A stretch of 64,000 nucleotides of DNA from an uncultured Bacteroidales bacterium (GTDB lineage Bacteria > Bacteroidota > Bacteroidia > Bacteroidales > Paludibacteraceae). The DNA lies in contig CADBYS010000005.1 of NCBI GenBank assembly GCA_902798965.1, positions 23,640-87,639 on the forward strand. The letters are read 5' to 3'. The translations under genes and the position numbers were made by a program. Of the stretch, positions 53,602 to 63,119 are shown piece after piece; within the stretch, counting starts at the first letter, position 1, and every line of letters begins with the position of its first letter. A model generated the notes under the pieces. That model made no database searches. It was not told where the DNA came from and saw only the letters and a list, made by a program, of their open reading frames with translations.

Positions 53602-54435
53602 ATGCGTAACTTGCTACAACTGATACTACGTTACAGCAACTTCCTACTCCTTGTGGGCTTGGAAGTTGTTGCATTTATTCTCGTTGTTCGCGGGAACAGG
53701 TATCAGTATGTAGCCGCGTCAGGTGCAGCTAACGGCGTAGTGGCAAGTGTCCAACTGGTGTGCGACAATATCGTTTCGTACTTCCGGCTCCGTTCGGATA
53801 ACGCGCAACTGTTGGAAGAGAACGCACAACTGCACGCCGACATTCTCACGTTGCAGAACAGCCTTGAGCAAACGACACAGGTCACCGACAGCACAGATGT
53901 CCCCTACACCTTTGCCGACCGCGATTACACCTTTATTCCCGCACGAGTCATCGCCTACCGCACCGACCGCCATCACAACTACCTCACGCTCAACAAAGGG
54001 GCGCGCGACGGTCTGACACCCGACATGGGTGTCATCGGCAAGGATGGTATAGTGGGTGTCGTGCAATCGGTCAGCTCGCACTTCGCTGTTGTAGCACCGG
54101 TAATTCACGAGGGGCTGTACATCTCGTCCATGTTCCGCAAGAACGGCTATCTGGCTACCCTGCACTGGCACATGCCCGATACGCGCAGCGCGGCGCTGGA
54201 AGATGTAGCACGACATGTGGATGTTGAGGTGGGGGACACCATTGTCACAAGCGGAATGAGTGCCATCTTCCCCGCAGACCTGCCGGTAGGCATCGTTTCC
54301 GAAGTGTCGCTCGGCGAAGGCGACTCCTACTACGATATTGGTGTCACACTCGCTACCGACTTCCGCAGCTTGCGTCACGTACATGTCCTGCAATATACCC
54401 ATCGCGCCGAACTGGATTCGATTACCAACAGATAA
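53602..54435 (+). CDS. mreC: Rod-shape-determining protein MreC
   Basis: 277 aa: N-terminal TM, coiled coil (ENAQLHADILTLQNSLEQ), beta-rich domain GVVQSVSSHFAVV.., FPADLPVG. Located after mreB. Confidence 0.9.
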   Translation: MRNLLQLILRYSNFLLLVGLEVVAFILVVRGNRYQYVAASGAANGVVASVQLVCDNIVSYFRLRSDNAQLLEENAQLHADILTLQNSLEQTTQVTDSTDVPYTFADRDYTFIPARVIAYRTDRHHNYLTLNKGARDGLTPDMGVIGKDGIVGVVQSVSSHFAVVAPVIHEGLYISSMFRKNGYLATLHWHMPDTRSAALEDVARHVDVEVGDTIVTSGMSAIFPADLPVGIVSEVSLGEGDSYYDIGVTLATDFRSLRHVHVLQYTHRAELDSITNR

Positions 54436-54444
54436 CTAACCACC

Positions 54445-54945
54445 ATGACCGACTGGCTGAAATATATAGGATTGTTCTTACTGGTTATGTTCCTGCAAGT
54501 GATGTTGCTCGACAACCTGCATTGGCTTGGATTGATACACCCGTTTGTGTACATCTGGGCTATCCTGTTGCTGCCTATCGAACTGCCTCGCTGGATGCAG
54601 ATGTTCATCGGCGCAGCCATCGGCGGACTAATGGATCTGAACGCGCACACGCCGGGAGTACATATGGCAGCTTGCGTGATGATTGCCTATCTGCGCCCGC
54701 TGCTGGTGGCAAGTTACGTGCAGGATATACAACGAATGAAAGGTGCCATCACCATCAAGACCCTCAGCCCGGGCAATTATCTGCAACTGCTGGCTATCAT
54801 CGTGGTGGTGCACCACAGCTTGGTTTTCTTTCTGGAGGCGTTCACCTTCCGGCATTTCGGCTACACGCTGCTGCAAATACTGCTCAGCGGTGTACTCAGC
54901 TTTGCTTTCATCCTGATGTTTGAGTATTTGCGCAAGAACACCTGA
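54445..54945 (+). CDS. mreD: Rod-shape-determining protein MreD
   Basis: 166-aa polytopic membrane protein in the canonical mreB-mreC-mreD position. Confidence 0.8.
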   Translation: MTDWLKYIGLFLLVMFLQVMLLDNLHWLGLIHPFVYIWAILLLPIELPRWMQMFIGAAIGGLMDLNAHTPGVHMAACVMIAYLRPLLVASYVQDIQRMKGAITIKTLSPGNYLQLLAIIVVVHHSLVFFLEAFTFRHFGYTLLQILLSGVLSFAFILMFEYLRKNT

Positions 54946-54956
54946 TTGCTACCCCA

Positions 54957-56807
54957 ATGACCAACGACCCTTATAGCAAACGATCATTTATCATCGGCGG
55001 AGCGGTAGCTCTGGTGGTGATAATATTTATTTTTCGGCTATTCTGGTTGCAGATCATCGATCAGTCACAGAAAGCCAAAGCCGACAGCAACGCCCTGTTG
55101 CGTCAGGTCGTCTATCCCTCCCGTGGTCTGATCTATGACCGCAACGGCGAACTGCTCGTCTTCAACCAACCTATCTACGAAGTCACGCTTATTATGCAGG
55201 AGATGCGCCATGGTTTTGACACCGTGGCTTTCTGCCGTTGTCTGGGTATCGACAGTCTGGAGTTCGAGCAGCGCATTGCCGCCGTCAAAGACCGTCGGCG
55301 CAACCGGGGATTCTCCACCTACACGCCACAGATCTTCATGTCGCAACTCAGCAAGTCGGAGATAGCCTCGCTGCGCGAGACATCGTACAAGTTCTCCGGC
55401 GCAGGAATCCGCAAGCGTACGCTGCGCGGTTACTCCTATCCATACGCAGCACATATTCTCGGCTCGGTAGGCGAGGTGTCGCAAGCGGATATCGACCGCG
55501 ACGAATACTACCAAGCCGGCGACTACGCCGGCCGCGACGGGCTCGAGCGCACCTACGAGCAGCGACTACGCGGCACGAAAGGTGTAGAGGTTATTATGCG
55601 TGACTCGCGCGGACGAATACAAGGCTCCTATCACGACGGTGCGGAAGACAAGGAAGCCATAACAGGTACCGATCTGCATCTCTCGCTGGATATACACCTT
55701 CAGGAGTTGGCTGAACAACTGCTGCAAGGCAAGGTGGGCAGCGTCGTAGCTATCGAACCTGCCACAGGCGAAATCCTGGCACTCGCCTCCTCGCCCACGT
55801 GGAACCCCGAGATCCTGGTCGGCAAGCAGCGCTCAGCGCAATACAGCCGTCTATTGAATGACCCGAGCAAACCGCTACTCAACCGCGCCACGCAGGCTAC
55901 GTACCCGCCGGGCTCGACGTTCAAGACTATTCAGGCTGTTGTATGCCTACAAGAAGGCGGCATCAATCCGTATAGCAAGTTCCCTTGCAGCGGTCCGCGG
56001 TCTACGCCTATCAAATGTACCCACAACCACGGTTCGCCCGTTGACCTGCTCGGCGCCATCGAGCAGAGTTGTAACCCATATTTCTGGAATGCCTTCCACG
56101 ACATGCTCCAGCGTGACGGTTTTGGTGACAACAATGCCATCTTCCGTGCACGCTACAACCTATGGCGCGACGATGTGATGAAGTTCGGTCTCGGTAGCCG
56201 GTTCACGAACACCGATATCGGCGAACAGTCACCGGGCAAGATCCCTCTCGAACGGGAATACAACCGCACGTACGGCGAGAAAGGTTGGAAAGCTATCACG
56301 ATCCGTTCGCTCAGTATCGGTCAGGGCGAGGTGCTCGTCACGCCTCTGCAACTTGCCAACCAAGCCGCCACGCTCGCCAACCGAGGTTACTACATCACCC
56401 CGCACCTCAACACCGAGCTCACCAACAACCCCAACCTGCGCCACGAGACAGGGATGGACGACAAGTGGTTCGCCCTCACCGCCCAAGGCATGCACCAGGT
56501 GATGACCAACGGTACAGGGCGTTGGTATAACATCGACTCCCTACAAATGTGCGGCAAAACCGGTACCGTGCAGAATCCCCATGGCAAAGACCACGCCATC
56601 TTCATCGGCTTTGCCCCGATGGATGCACCGAAAATTGCTGTGGCGGTAGTGGTAGAGAATGCCGGCTTCGGAGCCACATGGGCAGCTCCTATCGCTTCGC
56701 TGATGATGGAGCAATACCTCACCGACACCATCACCCGCAAACATATATACAACAAAATGGTCAACTCCGTTCTGACGCACCCTTCATCGGAGAAGAGTGA
56801 CCCATAG
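54957..56807 (+). CDS. mrdA: Penicillin-binding protein 2 (elongasome transpeptidase)
   Basis: 616 aa: RGLIYDRNG, catalytic STFK (PPGSTFKT), SCN (SxN), and KTGT (CGKTGTV). Confidence 0.95.
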   Translation: MTNDPYSKRSFIIGGAVALVVIIFIFRLFWLQIIDQSQKAKADSNALLRQVVYPSRGLIYDRNGELLVFNQPIYEVTLIMQEMRHGFDTVAFCRCLGIDSLEFEQRIAAVKDRRRNRGFSTYTPQIFMSQLSKSEIASLRETSYKFSGAGIRKRTLRGYSYPYAAHILGSVGEVSQADIDRDEYYQAGDYAGRDGLERTYEQRLRGTKGVEVIMRDSRGRIQGSYHDGAEDKEAITGTDLHLSLDIHLQELAEQLLQGKVGSVVAIEPATGEILALASSPTWNPEILVGKQRSAQYSRLLNDPSKPLLNRATQATYPPGSTFKTIQAVVCLQEGGINPYSKFPCSGPRSTPIKCTHNHGSPVDLLGAIEQSCNPYFWNAFHDMLQRDGFGDNNAIFRARYNLWRDDVMKFGLGSRFTNTDIGEQSPGKIPLEREYNRTYGEKGWKAITIRSLSIGQGEVLVTPLQLANQAATLANRGYYITPHLNTELTNNPNLRHETGMDDKWFALTAQGMHQVMTNGTGRWYNIDSLQMCGKTGTVQNPHGKDHAIFIGFAPMDAPKIAVAVVVENAGFGATWAAPIASLMMEQYLTDTITRKHIYNKMVNSVLTHPSSEKSDP

Positions 56808-56836
56808 AATTCGTTTAATTCGATTAATTCGTGAAC
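56808..56836 (-). repeat. Inverted short-form copy of the ttcacgaattaagcgaattaaactaatt repeat, in the mrdA-rodA spacer
   Basis: The reverse complement of 56808-56836 is gttcacgaattaatcgaattaaacgaatt, with 2 mismatches to 828-855. Confidence 0.7.
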
Positions 56837-56842
56837 AAATAA

Positions 56843-58300
56843 GTGACACGCAACAACAGCATCATATCAGGTCTTGACTGGTGGACAATCGTACTCTTCT
56901 TGGCGATTGCCCTGTTCGGTTGGCTGAACATCTACGCCGCAGGTTATACCTTCGAGCAGACCTCGATGTTCGACTTCAGCAACCGTGCCGGCAAGCAGTT
57001 CCTCTGGATCGGCATCGCCTGTGCACTGGGCATCACTGTGCTTTTTGTCGAGGGCCGCACCTACGAGGTTATCGCATATCTGTTGTACGCCTTCTGGATA
57101 CTTGTTCTACTTGTCACGCCTTTCCTTGCGCACAACACCAAAGGCTCCATGTCGTGGATAGATATAGGTCCGCTTAAGTTCCAGCCGGCAGAGCTCGCGA
57201 AGATGATCACCGCACTCGCTCTTGCCAAGTACATGGGGAGATACGACTACCGCGTACGTTCGTGGCGCGACTTGCTTGTACCGTTCGCGCTGCTTGCCTT
57301 GCCCGCAGGAATCATCATGGTGTGGCAGCAGGAAACAGGTTCCGCACTGGTTTTTGTCTCGTTCCTGCTGATGTTCTATCGTTTCGGAATGTCGGGCTAC
57401 GTGCTTTCAGGTGGCTTGTCGTTTGCCTTGCTGTTCATCTGTTCTATACGCTTCGGCGAAGTAGCACTGCCGTGGGGAGAAGGCAATGTAGGTATCTTAC
57501 TCTGCTATCTGGTGCTCATGGCGGTGGTGGTGGGGTTTGTGCTGCTGCACGAGCAAGACTGGAAAAATGCCCTCATCATAGCGGGCGGAGTGATTGGCAT
57601 GTACGCTATAGGACTTATCATCAATGTGTGGTACACGGTGAATTTTAATCTCATCTCGCTCATTGCCCTGCTCGCGGCACTCATCTATTACACGGTAGTT
57701 GTCATCTACCGCCGACATTTCTCCATGTTGCTTGTCACGTTGTATATAGCCTCAGCACTGGTCTTCTGCGAGGCATGTACTATGGTGTTCAACAAGGTGC
57801 TCCAACCTCACCAACGCACGCGTATCGAAGTGCTGCTCGGACTCAAAGACGACCCCACTGGAGCCGGCTACAACGTCAATCAGTCGCTTATAGCCATCGG
57901 TTCGGGGCAATTCTCGGGCAAAGGATTCCTCAAGGGCACACAAACCAAACTGCGCTTCGTACCCGAGCAGGATACGGATTTCATATTCTGTACGGTAGGT
58001 GAAGAGTGGGGATTCATTGGTTCGGCAGGGTTGCTGATTGTGTACCTGATATTTATCGTGAGACTGATTTTTATTGCCGAACGTCAGCGCGACAACTACT
58101 CGCGCATCTACGCCTATTGTGTGGCGGGCATCTTCTTTTTCCATCTTACCATCAATGTGGGAATGGTGCTTGGTCTGTTGCCCGTGATAGGTATTCCGCT
58201 GCCGTTCTTTAGTTACGGCGGCTCGTCAATGATCAGTTTTACCCTGCTGTTGGCTGTCTTGCTGCGTTTGGATGCCGAGCGCCTAAACAAACTGCACTAA
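56843..58300 (+). CDS. rodA: SEDS-family peptidoglycan polymerase RodA
   Basis: 485 aa. GTG start at 56843; no in-frame ATG precedes TM1. QPAELAKM, GSGQFSGKGF, VPEQDTDFIF and LPFFSYGGSS motifs. Confidence 0.93.
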   Translation: MTRNNSIISGLDWWTIVLFLAIALFGWLNIYAAGYTFEQTSMFDFSNRAGKQFLWIGIACALGITVLFVEGRTYEVIAYLLYAFWILVLLVTPFLAHNTKGSMSWIDIGPLKFQPAELAKMITALALAKYMGRYDYRVRSWRDLLVPFALLALPAGIIMVWQQETGSALVFVSFLLMFYRFGMSGYVLSGGLSFALLFICSIRFGEVALPWGEGNVGILLCYLVLMAVVVGFVLLHEQDWKNALIIAGGVIGMYAIGLIINVWYTVNFNLISLIALLAALIYYTVVVIYRRHFSMLLVTLYIASALVFCEACTMVFNKVLQPHQRTRIEVLLGLKDDPTGAGYNVNQSLIAIGSGQFSGKGFLKGTQTKLRFVPEQDTDFIFCTVGEEWGFIGSAGLLIVYLIFIVRLIFIAERQRDNYSRIYAYCVAGIFFFHLTINVGMVLGLLPVIGIPLPFFSYGGSSMISFTLLLAVLLRLDAERLNKLH

Positions 58301-58302
58301 TC

Positions 58303-59034
58303 ATGACCTACAATCGCGACATATTTGCCCGCGCAGAGCTTTTATTGGGCGAGGAGCAGATGACTGCCATCGCCTCTCGCCGCGTTATCCTCTTCGGCGT
58401 AGGTGGTGTGGGCTCATGGTGCGCCGAGACGCTGGTTCGTTCAGGTATCCACCATCTAACCATCGTCGATGGCGACGTGGTCGCAACCTCGAACATCAAC
58501 CGCCAGCTGCCGGCAACCACCGCCACCATCGGCCTGCCGAAAGTCACTGTGCTGCGCGAGCGACTGTTGCAAATCAACCCCGAGGCACAGATCGAGGCAA
58601 TATGCGGGCGCTATAATGCCGAAACGGCGGAGAGTTTTCATCTCGGGCAATACGATTACGTCATCGATGCCATCGATTCCCTCAAGGATAAAGCGCTGCT
58701 TATCCTCAATGCTACGAGCCTCAGCGGCATACAACTCTTCTCCAGTATGGGCGCGGCGCGCAAGTTCGACCCCCAACAAATCAAGATCGCCGATTTCCGT
58801 AAGGTAACCGGCGATCCGTTAGCGCGCACATTGCGCCATCATTTCAAGCATATCGGGCAATTCCCCGAACGCAAGTTCCTCTGCGTCTATAGCGAGGAGA
58901 TCCTACCGAATCAGCAACCGTCAGCCGCCACTCCCGAGCCGCGAGCCAACGGGACGTTGGCGCATATCACGGCTATTTTCGGGAACATGCTGGCGTATAT
59001 GGTGCTGCAGTCGATTACTCAACCAGACGAATAG
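58303..59034 (+). CDS. tcdA: ThiF/E1-like tRNA threonylcarbamoyladenosine dehydratase
   Basis: 243 aa: ILFGVGGVGSWCAETLVRSGIHHLTIVDGDVVATSNINRQ. Confidence 0.85.
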   Translation: MTYNRDIFARAELLLGEEQMTAIASRRVILFGVGGVGSWCAETLVRSGIHHLTIVDGDVVATSNINRQLPATTATIGLPKVTVLRERLLQINPEAQIEAICGRYNAETAESFHLGQYDYVIDAIDSLKDKALLILNATSLSGIQLFSSMGAARKFDPQQIKIADFRKVTGDPLARTLRHHFKHIGQFPERKFLCVYSEEILPNQQPSAATPEPRANGTLAHITAIFGNMLAYMVLQSITQPDE

Positions 59035-59674
59035 CACGTGCGTAGCACGAGGTGTGGCTCACGATCTTCACGCCCTTGGCATTGAATACCACACGCCAGC
59101 ATTCACCTTCAGCTTTCTTAGTGGATGTCCAGTAGTCGCCGAACTCATTCGCGCCACGGAACTCACCCGTGCAGTTGATGAAACCGGTCAGCGGGAAGAT
59201 AACGTAGTTGCCGTTCGGGCCGATAACCTTGTAGCCGCCTTCCTTGATCTCCTTCCATTGGCATTTCTCGTACAGCTCGGTGTACTGCTTGAGCGACGGC
59301 AGTTGCTTGCCGTACTTATCCACTGCCTCATCGAAGGTCATCAACTGATCCTCATTGATCGTGCGCCATTTCGTTCCGCTGGGCAGACCCAGATCGATGA
59401 ACGGAGCTGTCGGGGCTTTTCTCTTCACCGTGCCATCCGGATTAGCCAACGTACCGGCAGGCTCTTCTTGAGCTACGGGCTGTTGGGGCTCCGCTACAGG
59501 TTCAACAGGCGCAGCTGCCTGAGGTTCAACTTGTTCTACAGCAGGAGCAGCCTCCTGTACATGTTTGTGGCAGCAGGGGCAGTTCTTCCAGATTAGCAGG
59601 CAGATTACCAATGCCACAATACTGATTAGCAAAGCAATAATGCTTAGAATAACCGAAAGTTTCTGGTCTTTCAT
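59015..59674 (-). CDS. Single-pass membrane protein with Pro/Ala/Glu-rich linker and C-terminal DUF1566/FISUMP-like (C-type-lectin-fold-like) domain
   Basis: 219 aa. TM segment LSVILSIIALLISIVALVICLLIW, linker AAPVEPVAEPQQPVAQEEP, and domain ..GLPSGTKWRTIN..FPLTGFINCTGEF..YWTST..SCYARAIRLVE. The 3' end overlaps tcdA by 20 nt (convergent genes). Confidence 0.6.
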   Translation of the reverse strand: MKDQKLSVILSIIALLISIVALVICLLIWKNCPCCHKHVQEAAPAVEQVEPQAAAPVEPVAEPQQPVAQEEPAGTLANPDGTVKRKAPTAPFIDLGLPSGTKWRTINEDQLMTFDEAVDKYGKQLPSLKQYTELYEKCQWKEIKEGGYKVIGPNGNYVIFPLTGFINCTGEFRGANEFGDYWTSTKKAEGECWRVVFNAKGVKIVSHTSCYARAIRLVE

Positions 59675-59746
59675 TGTTGTATCGATTTTTTGTTAGTAAT
59701 GGATTGCTATCGCGCAGGGATTCACACAGAATCTCTTTTGCGCCTG

Positions 59747-59778
59747 CAAAGATACGAAAAAAATCTGATATATGCAAA
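59747..59778 (-). promoter_or_regulatory. Promoter of the 59015-59674 gene
   Basis: Reverse complement of 59747-59754 is TATCTTTG. Reverse complement of 59775-59778 is TTTG. The spacer is 20 nt. Confidence 0.6.
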
Positions 59779-59839
59779 TTTCTTAACCAAAAAACGCACA
59801 AAATTTCACATTTTTCGCCCAAACGCAGCCAAATGGGGC

Positions 59840-61078
59840 TTACGCAGTGGCTTTTTTGCGTCGTTGTGCACGCAGTTGCTTCGATGCAGTATGCATTCTG
59901 TCTTGCTGCAGCTGGGTGTCATCGATGGCGGCATATAACATTTGTTCGAACAGCGTCACCGAACGTTTCAGGCTGTACTTCTCGCCCTGGTCGGCATAGC
60001 GCTGCTCCATCTGCTTGCGCTCCTCCGTGTGCTCAATCCAGTAATCGATCTTCTCGGCCAAGGCTTGGGGATTACCGGCCTCAAACAAGCTCCGCTCATC
60101 CAACGCGAACTGCGGCGTGGCGCTCTCCTTGCTGTCAGCGATGATTGGCACTAATCCCGTGGCAAAAGCCTCAATGCAACTGATTGCCTCTATCTCCATG
60201 TCCGAAGCGTGCACGTACAGATCAACCTGCAGCAGCTTCTCTATCAGCGCTTCGCGCTCCAGGAACACGAACTCAGGTGCGTGCGCCAAGTTGCGGCTCT
60301 GCTCCAGGTAATGTTCGTATTCCGGCCCGCGACCGGCAAACACCAGTTGTATCCGGTCGGCGTACTTGCTCAGCCGGGCTGCATCGATGATCACATCCTG
60401 ACGTTTCTCCTTACTCAGTCGGCCTATCATCATGATGCGTATCTTGTCATCCGTCTGCTCGCGCTGCCCCATTAACGCTTGCACGCGCTTGCGCTTGCCC
60501 GCATCGATAAACTGCTTGTGTATGCCGTTGGATATGACATGCAGCTTGGCGGTGTAGTCACGCTGCTGCATCTGACCCGCAATGAACTGCGATGGCGCGT
60601 GAATATGCTCCACGCGGTTGTACACAATCTTGCGGAACAGGGAATAGAGCATCTCGTTTGCCCAACGTACCTTACCCAGCCCCAACGAACTGGTTATATT
60701 CTCCGGCTGCACATGGAAAGCCGCAGTAACGGGCTTGCCTATCTTGTGGCAATAAGTGATGCACGCCACGCTGATACCAAACGGCACATATATATGTACT
60801 ATATCCGCCCAATTACAAGCCTCGCGAATCAAAGGCTTGCGGATATTGGCGTAGCGGAAGTCGTGCTTCTCGCACAGCGGCTGAACCAGCGGCAAGTGCA
60901 ACACGCCGCACACAAAATCCGGCTCGCCGCCTATCGTCTGACCATCCTTAGGCGTATCGCTGCACAGAGCGCGAACACGATGACCGCGCTTCAATAACTC
61001 ACCCGCAAAACGCTGCGCCGATATCGACGTGCCGTTGTTGCTCGTGTACAAACTGTCAATCACAAATAGTATCTTCAT
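59840..61078 (-). CDS. GT4-family (GT-B fold) glycosyltransferase
   Basis: 412 aa from MKILFVIDSLYTSNNGTSIS (ATG 61076-61078; the track start at 61186 crosses the promoter region). C-terminal half has VFAGRGPE..LYVHASDMEIEAISCIEAFATGLVPI (EX7E-type motif). Confidence 0.85.
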   Translation of the reverse strand: MKILFVIDSLYTSNNGTSISAQRFAGELLKRGHRVRALCSDTPKDGQTIGGEPDFVCGVLHLPLVQPLCEKHDFRYANIRKPLIREACNWADIVHIYVPFGISVACITYCHKIGKPVTAAFHVQPENITSSLGLGKVRWANEMLYSLFRKIVYNRVEHIHAPSQFIAGQMQQRDYTAKLHVISNGIHKQFIDAGKRKRVQALMGQREQTDDKIRIMMIGRLSKEKRQDVIIDAARLSKYADRIQLVFAGRGPEYEHYLEQSRNLAHAPEFVFLEREALIEKLLQVDLYVHASDMEIEAISCIEAFATGLVPIIADSKESATPQFALDERSLFEAGNPQALAEKIDYWIEHTEERKQMEQRYADQGEKYSLKRSVTLFEQMLYAAIDDTQLQQDRMHTASKQLRAQRRKKATA

Positions 61079-61321
61079 ATCTTGTCTCCTTTCGTTTATC
61101 ATTGGCCGTTCGCCAATTGCCATTAACTGAAAATTTTTGCAAAAGTACTGCTTTTTTTTCACATTTGCAAGTCTTTCAGTCCCCATTCATAACAATCGGC
61201 ATCGAATAATAAATTTCCGCCCCTCCCCGCTCAACAATAGAGAATACTATATTAAAAAAACGCAGCCGAACCTATCGACTGCGTTCATTTTTTGTGAAAT
61301 AGATTATTAAAAATCGTACAT

Positions 61322-62977
61322 TTACTGCACGCGTTTGCCCTCCGTATTGTACAGCGAACCGTTGTAATAGACATATACCTGCCCGGCGTGCATGTACTTC
61401 TGTGCATCACGTATCTGCTCCGGTGTCAGTTGCTCCACATAGGTCGCCACCTGCGGGGCTGCCTGAATATGGAACGTGTTCATTATTACCGTTGTAGGCA
61501 GATAGTTGTTGTTGCCCGGATGGTAAGCAATCACCGTCACTTCGCCCTCATTCTCCGGCACAATCAGCCCGTTCTCTATCCGCAGCAGGCACTCGGTAAA
61601 CGCGTACGTGATCGGCATGTTCGATGACAGCACAGCCGTTGTTTGCACCGGCTGTCCCACGGTCAGTTCGGTCTGCTGATCTTCCCAAGTGATAACCTGC
61701 ACTGCTTTATTCACGTGCAATGCCACGGGCATCACGCGCGTGTTGTATATGCCCTCGTTAGCTGGCGTGAACAACACACTGAGCGCATAATCGCCCGCAT
61801 CAAGCACCGTACTCGCATCTACATCCACCCAGCTCAATGTGCCCTCTACCTGACCGAGAGTCTCGGTCAGCACAGCCTCGCTCAGCGCTTGGCCGTACGT
61901 CAGGTCATCCACATGTACGCCTATCATCGGGTCGGCTTTGCGGATAGTCAGCGTCTTGGCTATCTGCTGCGCAGCATTGAACTTGTAGTTGCCCGGTTGC
62001 GTAGCTGTCAGCGTCACCTCGCCCGCACGAACAATCTGCAAGGCGCTGTTCGCCACGTAAGCGATGGTCGTGTCCGAACTCTCATATACCACTTCCAGCC
62101 CCGACGAGGTGAACGCATTCAGTGTCAGCTGGTCGGTAGCGATGCACTCGCCTAACTCCTGCAGCCAAGTCAGCGTCTGGTCGAACTTCTTGGTCTCGCC
62201 CGACACGGCGATGCGCACTTCTCTACCCTCGCCGGCTATCACGATCTCGCCGCTGTGCTTGCCTGCCTCGCGGTGCGAATACACGATGCTCAGCTGAGTC
62301 GTCTGGTTGATCAGGTTCTTTTGTCCTATCATGCTCAGTGAAGCCGAGAAATGCGGATCGGTACTGCTCACCTCAGCCACCACATTCGTCCACATCACGT
62401 TCACGTTCTTTACGCCATCCGCATCATCCACCATCGCCGAGCCAAACGGCCACTCGTCAGTGCCTACGCTCAGGCTCTTCAGCTCCGTCACTTTGATCTT
62501 GCGGAACGCAGCCGCGGTCTTGCCCGTAGCGGCAAACTTTAGGTAGCGCGTGTTGGTGGCTAAGTTCACATCCTCATCTGTATCGGCGGAGATGGTATTA
62601 CCGTTCTTGCTTACCAGCAGCGACCAGTTATTGTGGTCAGGCGACTGATACACGCTTATCGTACCGCTGCTCGCACCCTGCCAACTGAACGTCAGTTTCT
62701 CAGCTACACCCACCTGCGACAAGGCTATAACGCACTCATCCTCAAAGGGATCTTCACCGAAGCCTAAGACATTCAAGACGGTCTTGCCTATCTTCAAACC
62801 GCCGAACAATCCCAATGTCGGGTTCGACCAGCTCACATTCTCCGTCTTGCTAATCACCGTCAGCGCGTTGTTGTAATCACTCTGCGAGAACTCCGTATCC
62901 CACGCCAATTGGGCGTGAGCACCTACGGCCAACACCAACGCCGCTATAACACTTACAATCCTGTTCATTTGTTTCAT
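61322..62977 (-). CDS. Secreted protein with N-terminal beta module, several Ig-like (Big_2-type) domains and a degenerate version of the conserved C-terminal tail
   Basis: Start MKQMNRIVSVIAALVLAVGAHAQ (ATG 62975-62977). SSGLEVVYESSDTTIAYVANSALQIVRAGEVTLTATQPGN (Big_2-like). C-terminus ..AQKYMHAGQVYVYYNGSLYNTEGKRVQ-stop. Confidence 0.75.
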   Translation of the reverse strand: MKQMNRIVSVIAALVLAVGAHAQLAWDTEFSQSDYNNALTVISKTENVSWSNPTLGLFGGLKIGKTVLNVLGFGEDPFEDECVIALSQVGVAEKLTFSWQGASSGTISVYQSPDHNNWSLLVSKNGNTISADTDEDVNLATNTRYLKFAATGKTAAAFRKIKVTELKSLSVGTDEWPFGSAMVDDADGVKNVNVMWTNVVAEVSSTDPHFSASLSMIGQKNLINQTTQLSIVYSHREAGKHSGEIVIAGEGREVRIAVSGETKKFDQTLTWLQELGECIATDQLTLNAFTSSGLEVVYESSDTTIAYVANSALQIVRAGEVTLTATQPGNYKFNAAQQIAKTLTIRKADPMIGVHVDDLTYGQALSEAVLTETLGQVEGTLSWVDVDASTVLDAGDYALSVLFTPANEGIYNTRVMPVALHVNKAVQVITWEDQQTELTVGQPVQTTAVLSSNMPITYAFTECLLRIENGLIVPENEGEVTVIAYHPGNNNYLPTTVIMNTFHIQAAPQVATYVEQLTPEQIRDAQKYMHAGQVYVYYNGSLYNTEGKRVQ

Positions 62978-63040
62978 ATCTTCACATTTTGCGTCGGCAA
63001 ACATGCAACTATATGCATAGTTGCCGACTGATTAAGCATG

Positions 63041-63072
63041 CAAAATTACAAAAAAATCCTGAATATTACAAA
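63041..63072 (-). promoter_or_regulatory. Promoter of the Ig-like secreted protein gene
   Basis: Reverse complement of 63041-63048 is TAATTTTG. Reverse complement of 63069-63072 is TTTG. The spacer is 20 nt. Confidence 0.55.
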
Positions 63073-63080
63073 TATTCAGG
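63050..63080 (-). terminator. Terminator of the MATE gene, overlapping the -33 element of the next promoter
   Basis: cctgaatat (63058-63066) pairs with atattcagg (63072-63080), a 9-bp stem with a 5-nt loop. On the minus strand it is followed by AUUUUUU (63051-63057). Confidence 0.6.
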
Positions 63081-63119
63081 TGATTTTCTAAAGATTTGGA
63101 TAATTATTACGAATATTCG

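Noticed and set aside
59015-59160. A diversity-generating retroelement target: the C-terminal lectin-fold-like domain as a variable region.
   Set aside because: No reverse transcriptase gene and no template-repeat copy of the 3' end of this gene are visible in the flanking sequence or elsewhere in the window.
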